From NCBI GenBank assembly GCA_964016885.1, contig OZ024743.1:233926001-233990000 (forward strand): DNA of 64,000 nt, written 5' to 3'. The notes under the pieces were generated by a model. That model was given only the letters and a program-made list of their open reading frames with translations, searched no databases and was not told the origin of the DNA. Source of the stretch: Eledone cirrhosa (lineage: Eukaryota). This document shows, in pieces, positions 12,574-26,874 of the stretch. Each line of letters starts with the position of its first letter. Within the stretch, counting starts at the first letter, position 1. A program made the translations under genes and the position numbers.

Positions 12574-15500
12574 TCACGCCACACATAGCCAATGAGTGTC
12601 TGCACATGTACCAGTAATTACAGATCGATCCGACCACGGGCGGCCGGCCCGCGATTGAAAAGGTAACTCCGCCGGCAAATCGTCATTTTTGGATTCGTTT
12701 TCTTCGAAGCACACCATTCGCCGGCGGACTTTGTTGACGTTTAACACGGTTTGGTTCCACAGCCACAACTATTGATTTTACGGAGATATCTTGCTGAAAT
12801 TCACGCCACACATAGCCAATGAGTGTCTGCACATGTACCAGTAATTACAGATCGATCCGACCACGGGCGGTCGGTTTGCGATTGAAAAGGTAACTCCGCC
12901 GGCAAATCGTCATTTTTGGATTCGTTTTCTTCGAAGCACACCATTCGCCGGCTGACTTTGTTGACGTTTAACACGGTTTGGTTCCACAGCCACAACTATT
13001 GATTTTACGGAGATATCTTGCTGAAATTCACGCCACACATAGCCAATGAGTGTCTGCACATGTACCAGTAATTACAGATCGATCCGACCACGGGCGGTCG
13101 GTTTGCGATTGAAAAGGTAACTCCGCCGGCAAATCGTCATTTTTGGATTCGTTTTCTTCGAAGCACACCATTCGCCGGCGGACTTTGTTGACGTTTAACA
13201 CGGTTTGGTTCCACAGCCACAACTATTGATTTTACGGAGATATCTTGCTGAAATTCACGCCACACATAGCCAATGAGTGTCTGCACATGTATCAGTAATT
13301 ACAGATCGATCCGACCACGGGCGGCCGGCCCGCGATTGAAAAGGTAACTCCGCCGGCAAATCGTCATTTTTGGATTCGTTTTCTTCGAAGCACACCATTC
13401 GCCGGCGGACTTTGTTGACGTTTAACACGGTTTGGTTCCACAGCCACAACTATTGATTTTACGGAGATATCTTGCTGAAATTCACGCCACACATAGCCAA
13501 TGAGTGTCTGCACATGTACCAGTAATTACAGATCGATCCGACCACGGGCGGCCGGCCCGCGATTGAAAAGGTAACTCCGCCGGCAAATCGTCATTTTTGG
13601 ATTCGTTTTCTTCGAAGCACACCATTCGCCGGCGGACTTTGTTGACGTTTAACACGGTTTGGTTCCACAGCCACAACTATTGATTTTACGGAGATATCTT
13701 GCTGAAATTCACGCCACACATAGCCAATGAGTCTCTGCACATGTACCATTAATTACAGATCGATCCGACCACGGGCGGTCGGTTTGCGATTGAAAAGGTA
13801 ACTCCGCCGGCAAATCGTCATTTTTGGATTCGTTTTCTTCGAAGCACACCATTCGCCGGCGGACTTTGTTGACGTTTAACACGGTTTGGTTCCACAGCCA
13901 CAACTATTGATTTTACGGAGATATCTTGCTGAAATTCACGCCACACATAGCCAATGAGTGTCTGCACATGTATCAGTAATTACAGATCGATCCGACCACG
14001 GGCGGCCGGCCCGCGATTGAAAAGGTAACTCCGCCGGCAAATCGTCATTTTTGGATTCGTTTTCTTCGAAGCACACCATTCGCCGGCGGACTTTGTTGAC
14101 GTTTAACACGGTTTGGTTCCACAGCCACAACTATTGATTTTACGGAGATATCTTGCTGAAATTCACGCCACACATAGCCAATGAGTGTCTGCACATGTAC
14201 CAGTAATTACAGATCGATCCGACCACGGGCGGCCGGCCCGCGATTGAAAAGGTAACTCCGCCGGCAAATCGTCATTTTTGGATTCGTTTTCTTCGAAGCA
14301 CACCATTCGCCGGCTGACTTTGTTGATGTTTAACACGGTTTGGTTCCACAGCCACAACTATTGATTTTACGGAGATATCTTGCTGAAATTCACGCCACAC
14401 ATAGCCAATGAGTGTCTGCACATGTACCAGTAATTACAGATCGATCCGACCACGGGCGGTCGGTTTGCGATTGAAAAGGTAACTCCGCCGGCAAATCGTC
14501 ATTTTTGGATTCGTTTTCTTCGAAGCACACCATTCGCCGGCTGACTTTGTTGACGTTTAACACGGTTTGGTTCCACAGCCACAACTATTGATTTTACGGA
14601 GATATCTTGCTGAAATTCACGCCACACATAGCCAATGAGTGTCTGCACATGTACCAGTAATTACAGATCGATCCGACCACGGGCGGTCGGTTTGCGATTG
14701 AAAAGGTAACTCCGCCGGCAAATCGTCATTTTTGGATTCGTTTTCTTCGAAGCACACCATTCGCCGGCGGACTTTGTTGACGTTTAACACGGTTTGGTTC
14801 CACAGCCACAACTATTGATTTTACGGAGATATCTTGCTGAAATTCACGCCACACATAGCCAATGAGTGTCTGCACATGTACCAGTAATTACAGATCGATC
14901 CGACCACGGGCGGCCGGCCCGCGATTGAAAAGGTAACTCCGCCGGCAAATCGTCATTTTTGGATTCGTTTTCTTCGAAGCACACCATTCGCCGGCGGACT
15001 TTGTTGACGTTTAACACGGTTTGGTTCCACAGCCACAACTATTGATTTTACGGAGATATCTTGCTGAAATTCACGCCACACATAGCCAATGAGTGTCTGC
15101 ACATGTACCAGTAATTACAGATCGATCCGACCACGGGCGGTCGGTTTGCGATTGAAAAGGTAACTCCGCCGGCAAATCGTCATTTTTGGATTCGTTTTCT
15201 TCGAAGCACACCATTCGCCGGCTGACTTTGTTGACGTTTAACACGGTTTGGTTCCACAGCCACAACTATTGATTTTACGGAGATATCTTGCTGAAATTCA
15301 CGCCACACATAGCCAATGAGTGTCTGCACATGTACCAGTAATTACAGATCGATCCGACCACGGGCGGTCGGTTTGCGATTGAAAAGGTAACTCCGCCGGC
15401 AAATCGTCATTTTTGGATTCGTTTTCTTCGAAGCACACCATTCGCCGGCGGACTTTGTTGACGTTTAACACGGTTTGGTTCCACAGCCACAACTATTGAT

Positions 15501-17567
15501 TTTACGGAGATATCTTGCTGAAATTCACGCCACACATAGCCAATGAGTGTCTGCACATGTATCAGTAATTACAGATCGATCCGACCACGGGCGGCCGGCC
15601 CGCGATTGAAAAGGTAACTCCGCCGGCAAATCGTCATTTTTGGATTCGTTTTCTTCGAAGCACACCATTCGCCGGCGGACTTTGTTGACGTTTAACACGG
15701 TTTGGTTCCACAGCCACAACTATTGATTTTACGGAGATATCTTGCTGAAATTCACGCCACACATAGCCAATGAGTGTCTGCACATGTACAAGTAATTACA
15801 GATCGATCCGACCACGGGCGGCCGGCCCGCGATTGAAAAGGTAACTCCGCCGGCAAATCGTCATTTTTGGATTCGTTTTCTTCGAAGCACACCATTCGCC
15901 GGCGGACTTTGTTGACGTTTAACACGGTTTGGTTCCACAGCCACAACTATTGATTTTACGGAGATATCTTGCTGAAATTCACGCCACACATAGCCAATGA
16001 GTGTCTGCACATGTACCAGTAATTACAGATCGATCCGACCACGGGCGGCCGGCCCGCGATTGAAAAGGTAACTCCGCCGGCAAATCGTCATTTTTGGATT
16101 CGTTTTCTTCGAAGCACACCATTCGCCGGCGGACTTTGTTGACGTTTAACACGGTTTGGTTCCACAGCCACAACTATTGATTTTACGGAGATATCTTGCT
16201 GAAATTCACGCCACACATAGCCAATGAGTGTCTGCACATGTACCAGTAATTACAGATCGATCCGACCACGGGCGGCCGGCCCGCGATTGAAAAGGTAACT
16301 CCGCCGGCAAATCGTCATTTTTGGATTCGTTTTCTTCGAAGCACACCATTCGCCGGCGGACTTTGTTGACGTTTAACACGGTTTGGTTCCACAGCCACAA
16401 CTATTGATTTTACGGAGATATCTTGCTGAAATTCACGCCACACATAGCCAATGAGTCTCTGCACATGTACCATTAATTACAGATCGATCCGACCACGGGC
16501 GGTCGGTTTGCGATTGAAAAGGTAACTCCGCCGGCAAATCGTCATTTTTGGATTCGTTTTCTTCGAAGCACACCATTCGCCGGCTGACTTTGTTGACGTT
16601 TAACACGGTTTGGTTCCACAGCCACAACTATTGATTTTAAGGAGATATCTTGCTGAAATTCACGCCACACATAGCCAATGAGTGTCTGCACAGGTACCAG
16701 TAATTACAGATCGATCCGACCACGGGCGGCCGGCCCGCGATTGAAAAGGTAACTCCGCCGGCAAATCGTCATTTTTGGATTCGTTTTCTTCGAAGCACAC
16801 CATTCGCCGGCGGACTTTGTTGACGTTTAACACGGTTTGGTTCCACAGCCACAACTATTGATTTTACGGAGATATCTTGCTGAAATTCACGCCACACATA
16901 GCCAATGAGTGTCTGCACATGTACAAGTAATTACAGATCGATCCGACCACGGGCGGCCGGCCCGCGATTGAAAAGGTAACTCCGCCGGCAAATCGTCATT
17001 TTTGGATTCGTTTTCTTCGAAGCACACCATTCGCCGGCTGACTTTGTTGACGTTTAACACGGTTTGGTTCCACAGCCACAACTATTGATTTTAAGGAGAT
17101 ATCTTGCTGAAATTCACGCCACACATAGCCAATGAGTGTCTGCACATGTACCAGTAATTACAGATCGATCCGACCACGGGCGGTCGGTTTGCGATTGAAA
17201 AGGTAACTCCGCCGGCAAATCGTCATTTTTGGATTCGTTTTCTTCGAAGCACACCATTCGCCGGCGGACTTTGTTGACGTTTAACACGGTTTGGTTCCAC
17301 AGCCACAACTATTGATTTTACGGAGATATCTTGCTGAAATTCACGCCACACATAGCCAATGAGTGTCTGCACATGTATCAGTAATTACAGATCGATCCGA
17401 CCACGGGCGGCCGGCCCGCGATTGAAAAGGTAACTCCGCCGGCAAATCGTCATTTTTGGATTCGTTTTCTTCGAAGCACACCATTCGCCGGCGGACTTTG
17501 TTGACGTTTAACACGGTTTGGTTCCACAGCCACAACTATTGATTTTACGGAGATATCTTGCTGAAAT

Positions 17568-20500
17568 TCACGCCACACATAGCCAATGAGTGTCTGCACA
17601 TGTACCAGTAATTACAGATCGATCCGACCACGGGCGGTCGGTTTGCGATTGAAAAGGTAACTCCGCCGGCAAATCGTCATTTTTGGATTCGTTTTCTTCG
17701 AAGCACACCATTCGCCGGCTGACTTTGTTGACGTTTAACACGGTTTGGTTCCACAGCCACAACTATTGATTTTACGGAGATATCTTGCTGAAATTCACGC
17801 CACACATAGCCAATGAGTGTCTGCACATGTACCAGTAATTACAGATCGATCCGACCACGGGCGGTCGGTTTGCGATTGAAAAGGTAACTCCGCCGGCAAA
17901 TCGTCATTTTTGGATTCGTTTTCTTCGAAGCACACCATTCGCCGGCGGACTTTGTTGACGTTTAACACGGTTTGGTTCCACAGCCACAACTATTGATTTT
18001 ACGGAGATATCTTGCTGAAATTCACGCCACACATAGCCAATGAGTGTCTGCACATGTATCAGTAATTACAGATCGATCCGACCACGGGCGGTCGGTTTGC
18101 GATTGAAAAGGTAACTCCGCCGGCAAATCGTCATTTTTGGATTCGTTTTCTTCGAAGCACACCATTCGCCGGCGGACTTTGTTGACGTTTAACACGGTTT
18201 GGTTCCACAGCCACAACTATTGATTTTACGGAGATATCTTGCTGAAATTCACGCCACACATAGCCAATGAGTGTCTGCACATGTATCAGTAATTACAGAT
18301 CGATCCGACCACGGGCGGCCGGCCCGCGATTGAAAAGGTAACTCCGCCGGCAAATCGTCATTTTTGGATTCGTTTTCTTCGAAGCACACCATTCGCCGGC
18401 GGACTTTGTTGACGTTTAACACGGTTTGGTTCCACAGCCACAACTATTGATTTTACGGAGATATCTTGCTGAAATTCACGCCACACATAGCCAATGAGTG
18501 TCTGCACATGTACCAGTAATTACAGATCGATCCGACCACGGGCGGCCGGCCCGCGATTGAAAAGGTAACTCCGCCGGCAAATCGTCATTTTTGGATTCGT
18601 TTTCTTCGAAGCACACCATTCGCCGGCTGACTTTGTTGATGTTTAACACGGTTTGGTTCCACAGCCACAACTATTGATTTTAAGGAGATATCTTGCTGAA
18701 ATTCACGCCACACATAGCCAATGAGTGTCTGCACAGGTACCAGTAATTACAGATCGATCCGACCACGGGCGGCCGGCCCGCTATTGAAAAGGTAACTCCG
18801 CCGGCAAATCGTCATTTTTGGATTCGTTTTCTTCGAAGCACACCATTCGCCGGCGGACTTTGTTGACGTTTAACACGGTTTGGTTCCACAGCCACAACTA
18901 TTGATTTTACGGAGATATCTTGCTGAAATTCACGCCACACATAGCCAATGAGTGTCTGCACATGTACCAGTAATTACAGATCGATCCGACCACGGGCGGC
19001 CGGCCCGCGATTGAAAAGGTAACTCCGCCGGCAAATCGTCATTTTTGGATTCGTTTTCTTCGAAGCACACCATTCGCCGGCGGACTTTGTTGACGTTTAA
19101 CACGGTTTGGTTCCACAGCCACAACTATTGATTTTACGGAGATATCTTGCTGAAATTCACGCCACACATAGCCAATGAGTGTCTGCACATGTACCAGTAA
19201 TTACAGATCGATCCGACCACGGGCGGTCGGTTTGCGATTGAAAAGGTAACTCCGCCGGCAAATCGTCATTTTTGGATTCGTTTTCTTCGAAGCACACCAT
19301 TCGCCGGCTGACTTTGTTGACGTTTAACACGGTTTGGTTCCACAGCCACAACTATTGATTTTACGGAGATATCTTGCTGAAATTCACGCCACACATAGCC
19401 AATGAGTGTCTGCACATGTACCAGTAATTACAGATCGATCCGACCACGGGCGGTCGGTTTGCGATTGAAAAGGTAACTCCGCCGGCAAATCGTCATTTTT
19501 GGATTCGTTTTCTTCGAAGCACACCATTCGCCGGCGGACTTTGTTGACGTTTAACACGGTTTGGTTCCACAGCCACAACTATTGATTTTACGGAGATATC
19601 TTGCTGAAATTCACGCCACACATAGCCAATGAGTGTCTGCACATGTATCAGTAATTACAGATCGATCCGACCACGGGCGGTCGGTTTGCGATTGAAAAGG
19701 TAACTCCGCCGGCAAATCGTCATTTTTGGATTCGTTTTCTTCGAAGCACACCATTCGCCGGCGGACTTTGTTGACGTTTAACACGGTTTGGTTCCACAGC
19801 CACAACTATTGATTTTACGGAGATATCTTGCTGAAATTCACGCCACACATAGCCAATGAGTGTCTGCACATGTATCAGTAATTACAGATCGATCCGACCA
19901 CGGGCGGCCGGCCCGCGATTGAAAAGGTAACTCCGCCGGCAAATCGTCATTTTTGGATTCGTTTTCTTCGAAGCACACCATTCGCCGGCGGACTTTGTTG
20001 ACGTTTAACACGGTTTGGTTCCACAGCCACAACTATTGATTTTACGGAGATATCTTGCTGAAATTCACGCCACACATAGCCAATGAGTGTCTGCACATGT
20101 ACCAGTAATTACAGATCGATCCGACCACGGGCGGCCGGCCCGCGATTGAAAAGGTAACTCCGCCGGCAAATCGTCATTTTTGGATTCGTTTTCTTCGAAG
20201 CACACCATTCGCCGGCTGACTTTGTTGATGTTTAACACGGTTTGGTTCCACAGCCACAACTATTGATTTTAAGGAGATATCTTGCTGAAATTCACGCCAC
20301 ACATAGCCAATGAGTGTCTGCACAGGTACCAGTAATTACAGATCGATCCGACCACGGGCGGCCGGCCCGCTATTGAAAAGGTAACTCCGCCGGCAAATCG
20401 TCATTTTTGGATTCGTTTTCTTCGAAGCACACCATTCGCCGGCGGACTTTGTTGACGTTTAACACGGTTTGGTTCCACAGCCACAACTATTGATTTTACG

Positions 20501-22334
20501 GAGATATCTTGCTGAAATTCACGCCACACATAGCCAATGAGTGTCTGCACATGTACCAGTAATTACAGATCGATCCGACCACGGGCGGCCGGCCCGCGAT
20601 TGAAAAGGTAACTCCGCCGGCAAATCGTCATTTTTGGATTCGTTTTCTTCGAAGCACACCATTCGCCGGCGGACTTTGTTGACGTTTAACACGGTTTGGT
20701 TCCACAGCCACAACTATTGATTTTACGGAGATATCTTGCTGAAATTCACGCCACACATAGCCAATGAGTGTCTGCACATGTACCAGTAATTACAGATCGA
20801 TCCGACCACGGGCGGTCGGTTTGCGATTGAAAAGGTAACTCCGCCGGCAAATCGTCATTTTTGGATTCGTTTTCTTCGAAGCACACCATTCGCCGGCTGA
20901 CTTTGTTGACGTTTAACACGGTTTGGTTCCACAGCCACAACTATTGATTTTACGGAGATATCTTGCTGAAATTCACGCCACACATAGCCAATGAGTGTCT
21001 GCACATGTACCAGTAATTACAGATCGATCCGACCACGGGCGGTCGGTTTGCGATTGAAAAGGTAACTCCGCCGGCAAATCGTCATTTTTGGATTCGTTTT
21101 CTTCGAAGCACACCATTCGCCGGCGGACTTTGTTGACGTTTAACACGGTTTGGTTCCACAGCCACAACTATTGATTTTACGGAGATATCTTGCTGAAATT
21201 CACGCCACACATAGCCAATGAGTCTCTGCACATGTACCATTAATTACAGATCGATCCGACCACGGGCGGTCGGTTTGCGATTGAAAAGGTAACTCCGCCG
21301 GCAAATCGTCATTTTTGGATTCGTTTTCTTCGAAGCACACCATTCGCCGGCGGACTTTGTTGACGTTTAACACGGTTTGGTTCCACAGCCACAACTATTG
21401 ATTTTACGGAGATATCTTGCTGAAATTCACGCCACACATAGCCAATGAGTGTCTGCACATGTATCAGTAATTACAGATCGATCCGACCACGGGCGGCCGG
21501 CCCGCGATTGAAAAGGTAACTCCGCCGGCAAATCGTCATTTTTGGATTCGTTTTCTTCGAAGCACACCATTCGCCGGCGGACTTTGTTGACGTTTAACAC
21601 GGTTTGGTTCCACAGCCACAACTATTGATTTTACGGAGATATCTTGCTGAAATTCACGCCACACATAGCCAATGAGTGTCTGCACATGTACCAGTAATTA
21701 CAGATCGATCCGACCACGGGCGGCCGGCCCGCGATTGAAAAGGTAACTCCGCCGGCAAATCGTCATTTTTGGATTCGTTTTCTTCGAAGCACACCATTCG
21801 CCGGCTGACTTTGTTGATGTTTAACACGGTTTGGTTCCACAGCCACAACTATTGATTTTAAGGAGATATCTTGCTGAAATTCACGCCACACATAGCCAAT
21901 GAGTGTCTGCACAGGTACCAGTAATTACAGATCGATCCGACCACGGGCGGCCGGCCCGCTATTGAAAAGGTAACTCCGCCGGCAAATCGTCATTTTTGGA
22001 TTCGTTTTCTTCGAAGCACACCATTCGCCGGCGGACTTTGTTGACGTTTAACAGGGTTTGGTTCCACAGCCACAACTATTGATTTTACGGAGATATCTTG
22101 CTGAAATTCACGCCACACATAGCCAATGAGTGTCTGCACATGTACCAGTAATTACAGATCGATCCGACCACGGGCGGCCGGCCCGCGATTGAAAAGGTAA
22201 CTCCGCCGGCAAATCGTCATTTTTGGATTCGTTTTCTTCGAAGCACACCATTCGCCGGCGGACTTTGTTGACGTTTAACACGGTTTGGTTCCACAGCCAC
22301 AACTATTGATTTTACGGAGATATCTTGCTGAAAT
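17568..22334. repeat. Three copies of a 7-monomer HOR (1589 bp)
   Basis: The gatgt monomers lie at 18476, 20065 and 21654 and the ORF-less gctatt monomers at 18703, 20292 and 21881, all 1589 bp apart. The third copy differs at its third monomer (21200). Confidence 0.88.
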
Positions 22335-23696
22335 TCACGCCACACATAGCCAATGAGTGTCTGCACATGTACCAGTAATTACAGATCGATCCGACCACGG
22401 GCGGTCGGTTTGCGATTGAAAAGGTAACTCCGCCGGCAAATCGTCATTTTTGGATTCGTTTTCTTCGAAGCACACCATTCGCCGGCTGACTTTGTTGACG
22501 TTTAACACGGTTTGGTTCCACAGCCACAACTATTGATTTTACGGAGATATCTTGCTGAAATTCACGCCACACATAGCCAATGAGTGTCTGCACATGTACC
22601 AGTAATTACAGATCGATCCGACCACGGGCGGTCGGTTTGCGATTGAAAAGGTAACTCCGCCGGCAAATCGTCATTTTTGGATTCGTTTTCTTCGAAGCAC
22701 ACCATTCGCCGGCGGACTTTGTTGACGTTTAACACGGTTTGGTTCCACAGCCACAACTATTGATTTTACGGAGATATCTTGCTGAAATTCACGCCACACA
22801 TAGCCAATGAGTGTCTGCACATGTACCAGTAATTACAGATCGATCCGACCACGGGCGGCCGGCCCGCGATTGAAAAGGTAACTCCGCCGGCAAATCGTCA
22901 TTTTTGGATTCGTTTTCTTCGAAGCACACCATTCGCCGGCGGACTTTGTTGACGTTTAACACGGTTTGGTTCCACAGCCACAACTATTGATTTTACGGAG
23001 ATATCTTGCTGAAATTCACGCCACACATAGCCAATGAGTGTCTGCACATGTACCAGTAATTACAGATCGATCCGACCACGGGCGGTCGGTTTGCGATTGA
23101 AAAGGTAACTCCGCCGGCAAATCGTCATTTTTGGATTCGTTTTCTTCGAAGCACACCATTCGCCGGCTGACTTTGTTGACGTTTAACACGGTTTGGTTCC
23201 ACAGCCACAACTATTGATTTTACGGAGATATCTTGCTGAAATTCACGCCACACATAGCCAATGAGTGTCTGCACATGTACCAGTAATTACAGATCGATCC
23301 GACCACGGGCGGTCGGTTTGCGATTGAAAAGGTAACTCCGCCGGCAAATCGTCATTTTTGGATTCGTTTTCTTCGAAGCACACCATTCGCCGGCGGACTT
23401 TGTTGACGTTTAACACGGTTTGGTTCCACAGCCACAACTATTGATTTTACGGAGATATCTTGCTGAAATTCACGCCACACATAGCCAATGAGTGTCTGCA
23501 CATGTATCAGTAATTACAGATCGATCCGACCACGGGCGGCCGGCCCGCGATTGAAAAGGTAACTCCGCCGGCAAATCGTCATTTTTGGATTCGTTTTCTT
23601 CGAAGCACACCATTCGCCGGCGGACTTTGTTGACGTTTAACACGGTTTGGTTCCACAGCCACAACTATTGATTTTACGGAGATATCTTGCTGAAAT

Positions 23697-26600
23697 TCAC
23701 GCCACACATAGCCAATGAGTGTCTGCACATGTACCAGTAATTACAGATCGATCCGACCACGGGCGGTCGGTTTGCGATTGAAAAGGTAACTCCGCTGGCA
23801 AATCGTCATTTTTGGATTCGTTTTCTTCGAAGCACACCATTCGCCGGCTGACTTTGTTGACGTTTAACACGGTTTGGTTCCACAGCCACAACTATTGATT
23901 TTACGGAGATATCTTGCTGAAATTCACGCCACACATAGCCAATGAGTGTCTGCACATGTACCAGTAATTACAGATCGATCCGACCACGGGCGGTCGGTTT
24001 GCGATTGAAAAGGTAACTCCGCCGGCAAATCGTCATTTTTGGATTCGTTTTCTTCGAAGCACACCATTCGCCGGCGGACTTTGTTGACGTTTAACACGGT
24101 TTGGTTCCACAGCCACAACTATTGATTTTACGGAGATATCTTGCTGAAATTCACGCCACACATAGCCAATGAGTGTCTGCACATGTATCAGTAATTACAG
24201 ATCGATCCGACCACGGGCGGCCGGCCCGCGATTGAAAAGGTAACTCCGCCGGCAAATCGTCATTTTTGGATTCGTTTTCTTCGAAGCACACCATTCGCCG
24301 GCGGACTTTGTTGACGTTTAACACGGTTTGGTTCCACAGCCACAACTATTGATTTTACGGAGATATCTTGCTGAAATTCACGCCACACATAGCCAATGAG
24401 TGTCTGCACATGTACAAGTAATTACAGATCGATCCGACCACGGGCGGCCGGCCCGCGATTGAAAAGGTAACTCCGCCGGCAAATCGTCATTTTTGGATTC
24501 GTTTTCTTCGAAGCACACCATTCGCCGGCGGACTTTGTTGACGTTTAACACGGTTTGGTTCCACAGCCACAACTATTGATTTTACGGAGATATCTTGCTG
24601 AAATTCACGCCACACATAGCCAATGAGTGTCTGCACATGTACCAGTAATTACAGATCGATCCGACCACGGGCGGCCGGCCCGCGATTGAAAAGGTAACTC
24701 CGCCGGCAAATCGTCATTTTTGGATTCGTTTTCTTCGAAGCACACCATTCGCCGGCGGACTTTGTTGACGTTTAACACGGTTTGGTTCCACAGCCACAAC
24801 TATTGATTTTACGGAGATATCTTGCTGAAATTCACGCCACACATAGCCAATGAGTCTCTGCACATGTACCATTAATTACAGATCGATCCGACCACGGGCG
24901 GTCGGTTTGCGATTGAAAAGGTAACTCCGCCGGCAAATCGTCATTTTTGGATTCGTTTTCTTCGAAGCACACCATTCGCCGGCTGACTTTGTTGACGTTT
25001 AACACGGTTTGGTTCCACAGCCACAACTATTGATTTTAAGGAGATATCTTGCTGAAATTCACGCCACACATAGCCAATGAGTGTCTGCACAGGTACCAGT
25101 AATTACAGATCGATCCGACCACGGGCGGCCGGCCCGCGATTGAAAAGGTAACTCCGCCGGCAAATCGTCATTTTTGGATTCGTTTTCTTCGAAGCACACC
25201 ATTCGCCGGCGGACTTTGTTGACGTTTAACACGGTTTGGTTCCACAGCCACAACTATTGATTTTACGGAGATATCTTGCTGAAATTCACGCCACACATAG
25301 CCAATGAGTGTCTGCACATGTACCAGTAATTACAGATCGATCCGACCACGGGCGGTCGGTTTGCGATTGAAAAGGTAACTCCGCCGGCAAATCGTCATTT
25401 TTGGATTCGTTTTCTTCGAAGCACACCATTCGCCGGCTGACTTTGTTGACGTTTAACACGGTTTGGTTCCACAGCCACAACTATTGATTTTACGGAGATA
25501 TCTTGCTGAAATTCACGCCACACATAGCCAATGAGTGTCTGCACATGTACCAGTAATTACAGATCGATCCGACCACGGGCGGTCGGTTTGCGATTGAAAA
25601 GGTAACTCCGCCGGCAAATCGTCATTTTTGGATTCGTTTTCTTCGAAGCACACCATTCGCCGGCGGACTTTGTTGACGTTTAACACGGTTTGGTTCCACA
25701 GCCACAACTATTGATTTTACGGAGATATCTTGCTGAAATTCACGCCACACATAGCCAATGAGTGTCTGCACATGTATCAGTAATTACAGATCGATCCGAC
25801 CACGGGCGGCCGGCCCGCGATTGAAAAGGTAACTCCGCCGGCAAATCGTCATTTTTGGATTCGTTTTCTTCGAAGCACACCATTCGCCGGCGGACTTTGT
25901 TGACGTTTAACACGGTTTGGTTCCACAGCCACAACTATTGATTTTACGGAGATATCTTGCTGAAATTCACGCCACACATAGCCAATGAGTGTCTGCACAT
26001 GTACAAGTAATTACAGATCGATCCGACCACGGGCGGCCGGCCCGCGATTGAAAAGGTAACTCCGCCGGCAAATCGTCATTTTTGGATTCGTTTTCTTCGA
26101 AGCACACCATTCGCCGGCGGACTTTGTTGACGTTTAACACGGTTTGGTTCCACAGCCACAACTATTGATTTTACGGAGATATCTTGCTGAAATTCACGCC
26201 ACACATAGCCAATGAGTGTCTGCACATGTACCAGTAATTACAGATCGATCCGACCACGGGCGGCCGGCCCGCGATTGAAAAGGTAACTCCGCCGGCAAAT
26301 CGTCATTTTTGGATTCGTTTTCTTCGAAGCACACCATTCGCCGGCGGACTTTGTTGACGTTTAACACGGTTTGGTTCCACAGCCACAACTATTGATTTTA
26401 CGGAGATATCTTGCTGAAATTCACGCCACACATAGCCAATGAGTCTCTGCACATGTACCATTAATTACAGATCGATCCGACCACGGGCGGTCGGTTTGCG
26501 ATTGAAAAGGTAACTCCGCCGGCAAATCGTCATTTTTGGATTCGTTTTCTTCGAAGCACACCATTCGCCGGCTGACTTTGTTGACGTTTAACACGGTTTG

Positions 26601-26874
26601 GTTCCACAGCCACAACTATTGATTTTAAGGAGATATCTTGCTGAAATTCACGCCACACATAGCCAATGAGTGTCTGCACAGGTACCAGTAATTACAGATC
26701 GATCCGACCACGGGCGGCCGGCCCGCGATTGAAAAGGTAACTCCGCCGGCAAATCGTCATTTTTGGATTCGTTTTCTTCGAAGCACACCATTCGCCGGCG
26801 GACTTTGTTGACGTTTAACACGGTTTGGTTCCACAGCCACAACTATTGATTTTACGGAGATATCTTGCTGAAAT
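23697..26874. repeat. Two copies of a different 7-monomer HOR (1589 bp)
   Basis: The gtacaa monomers are at 24378 and 25967 and the gtctc/ccatt/ggctg monomers at 24832 and 26421. Variant order is the same in both copies. Confidence 0.85.
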
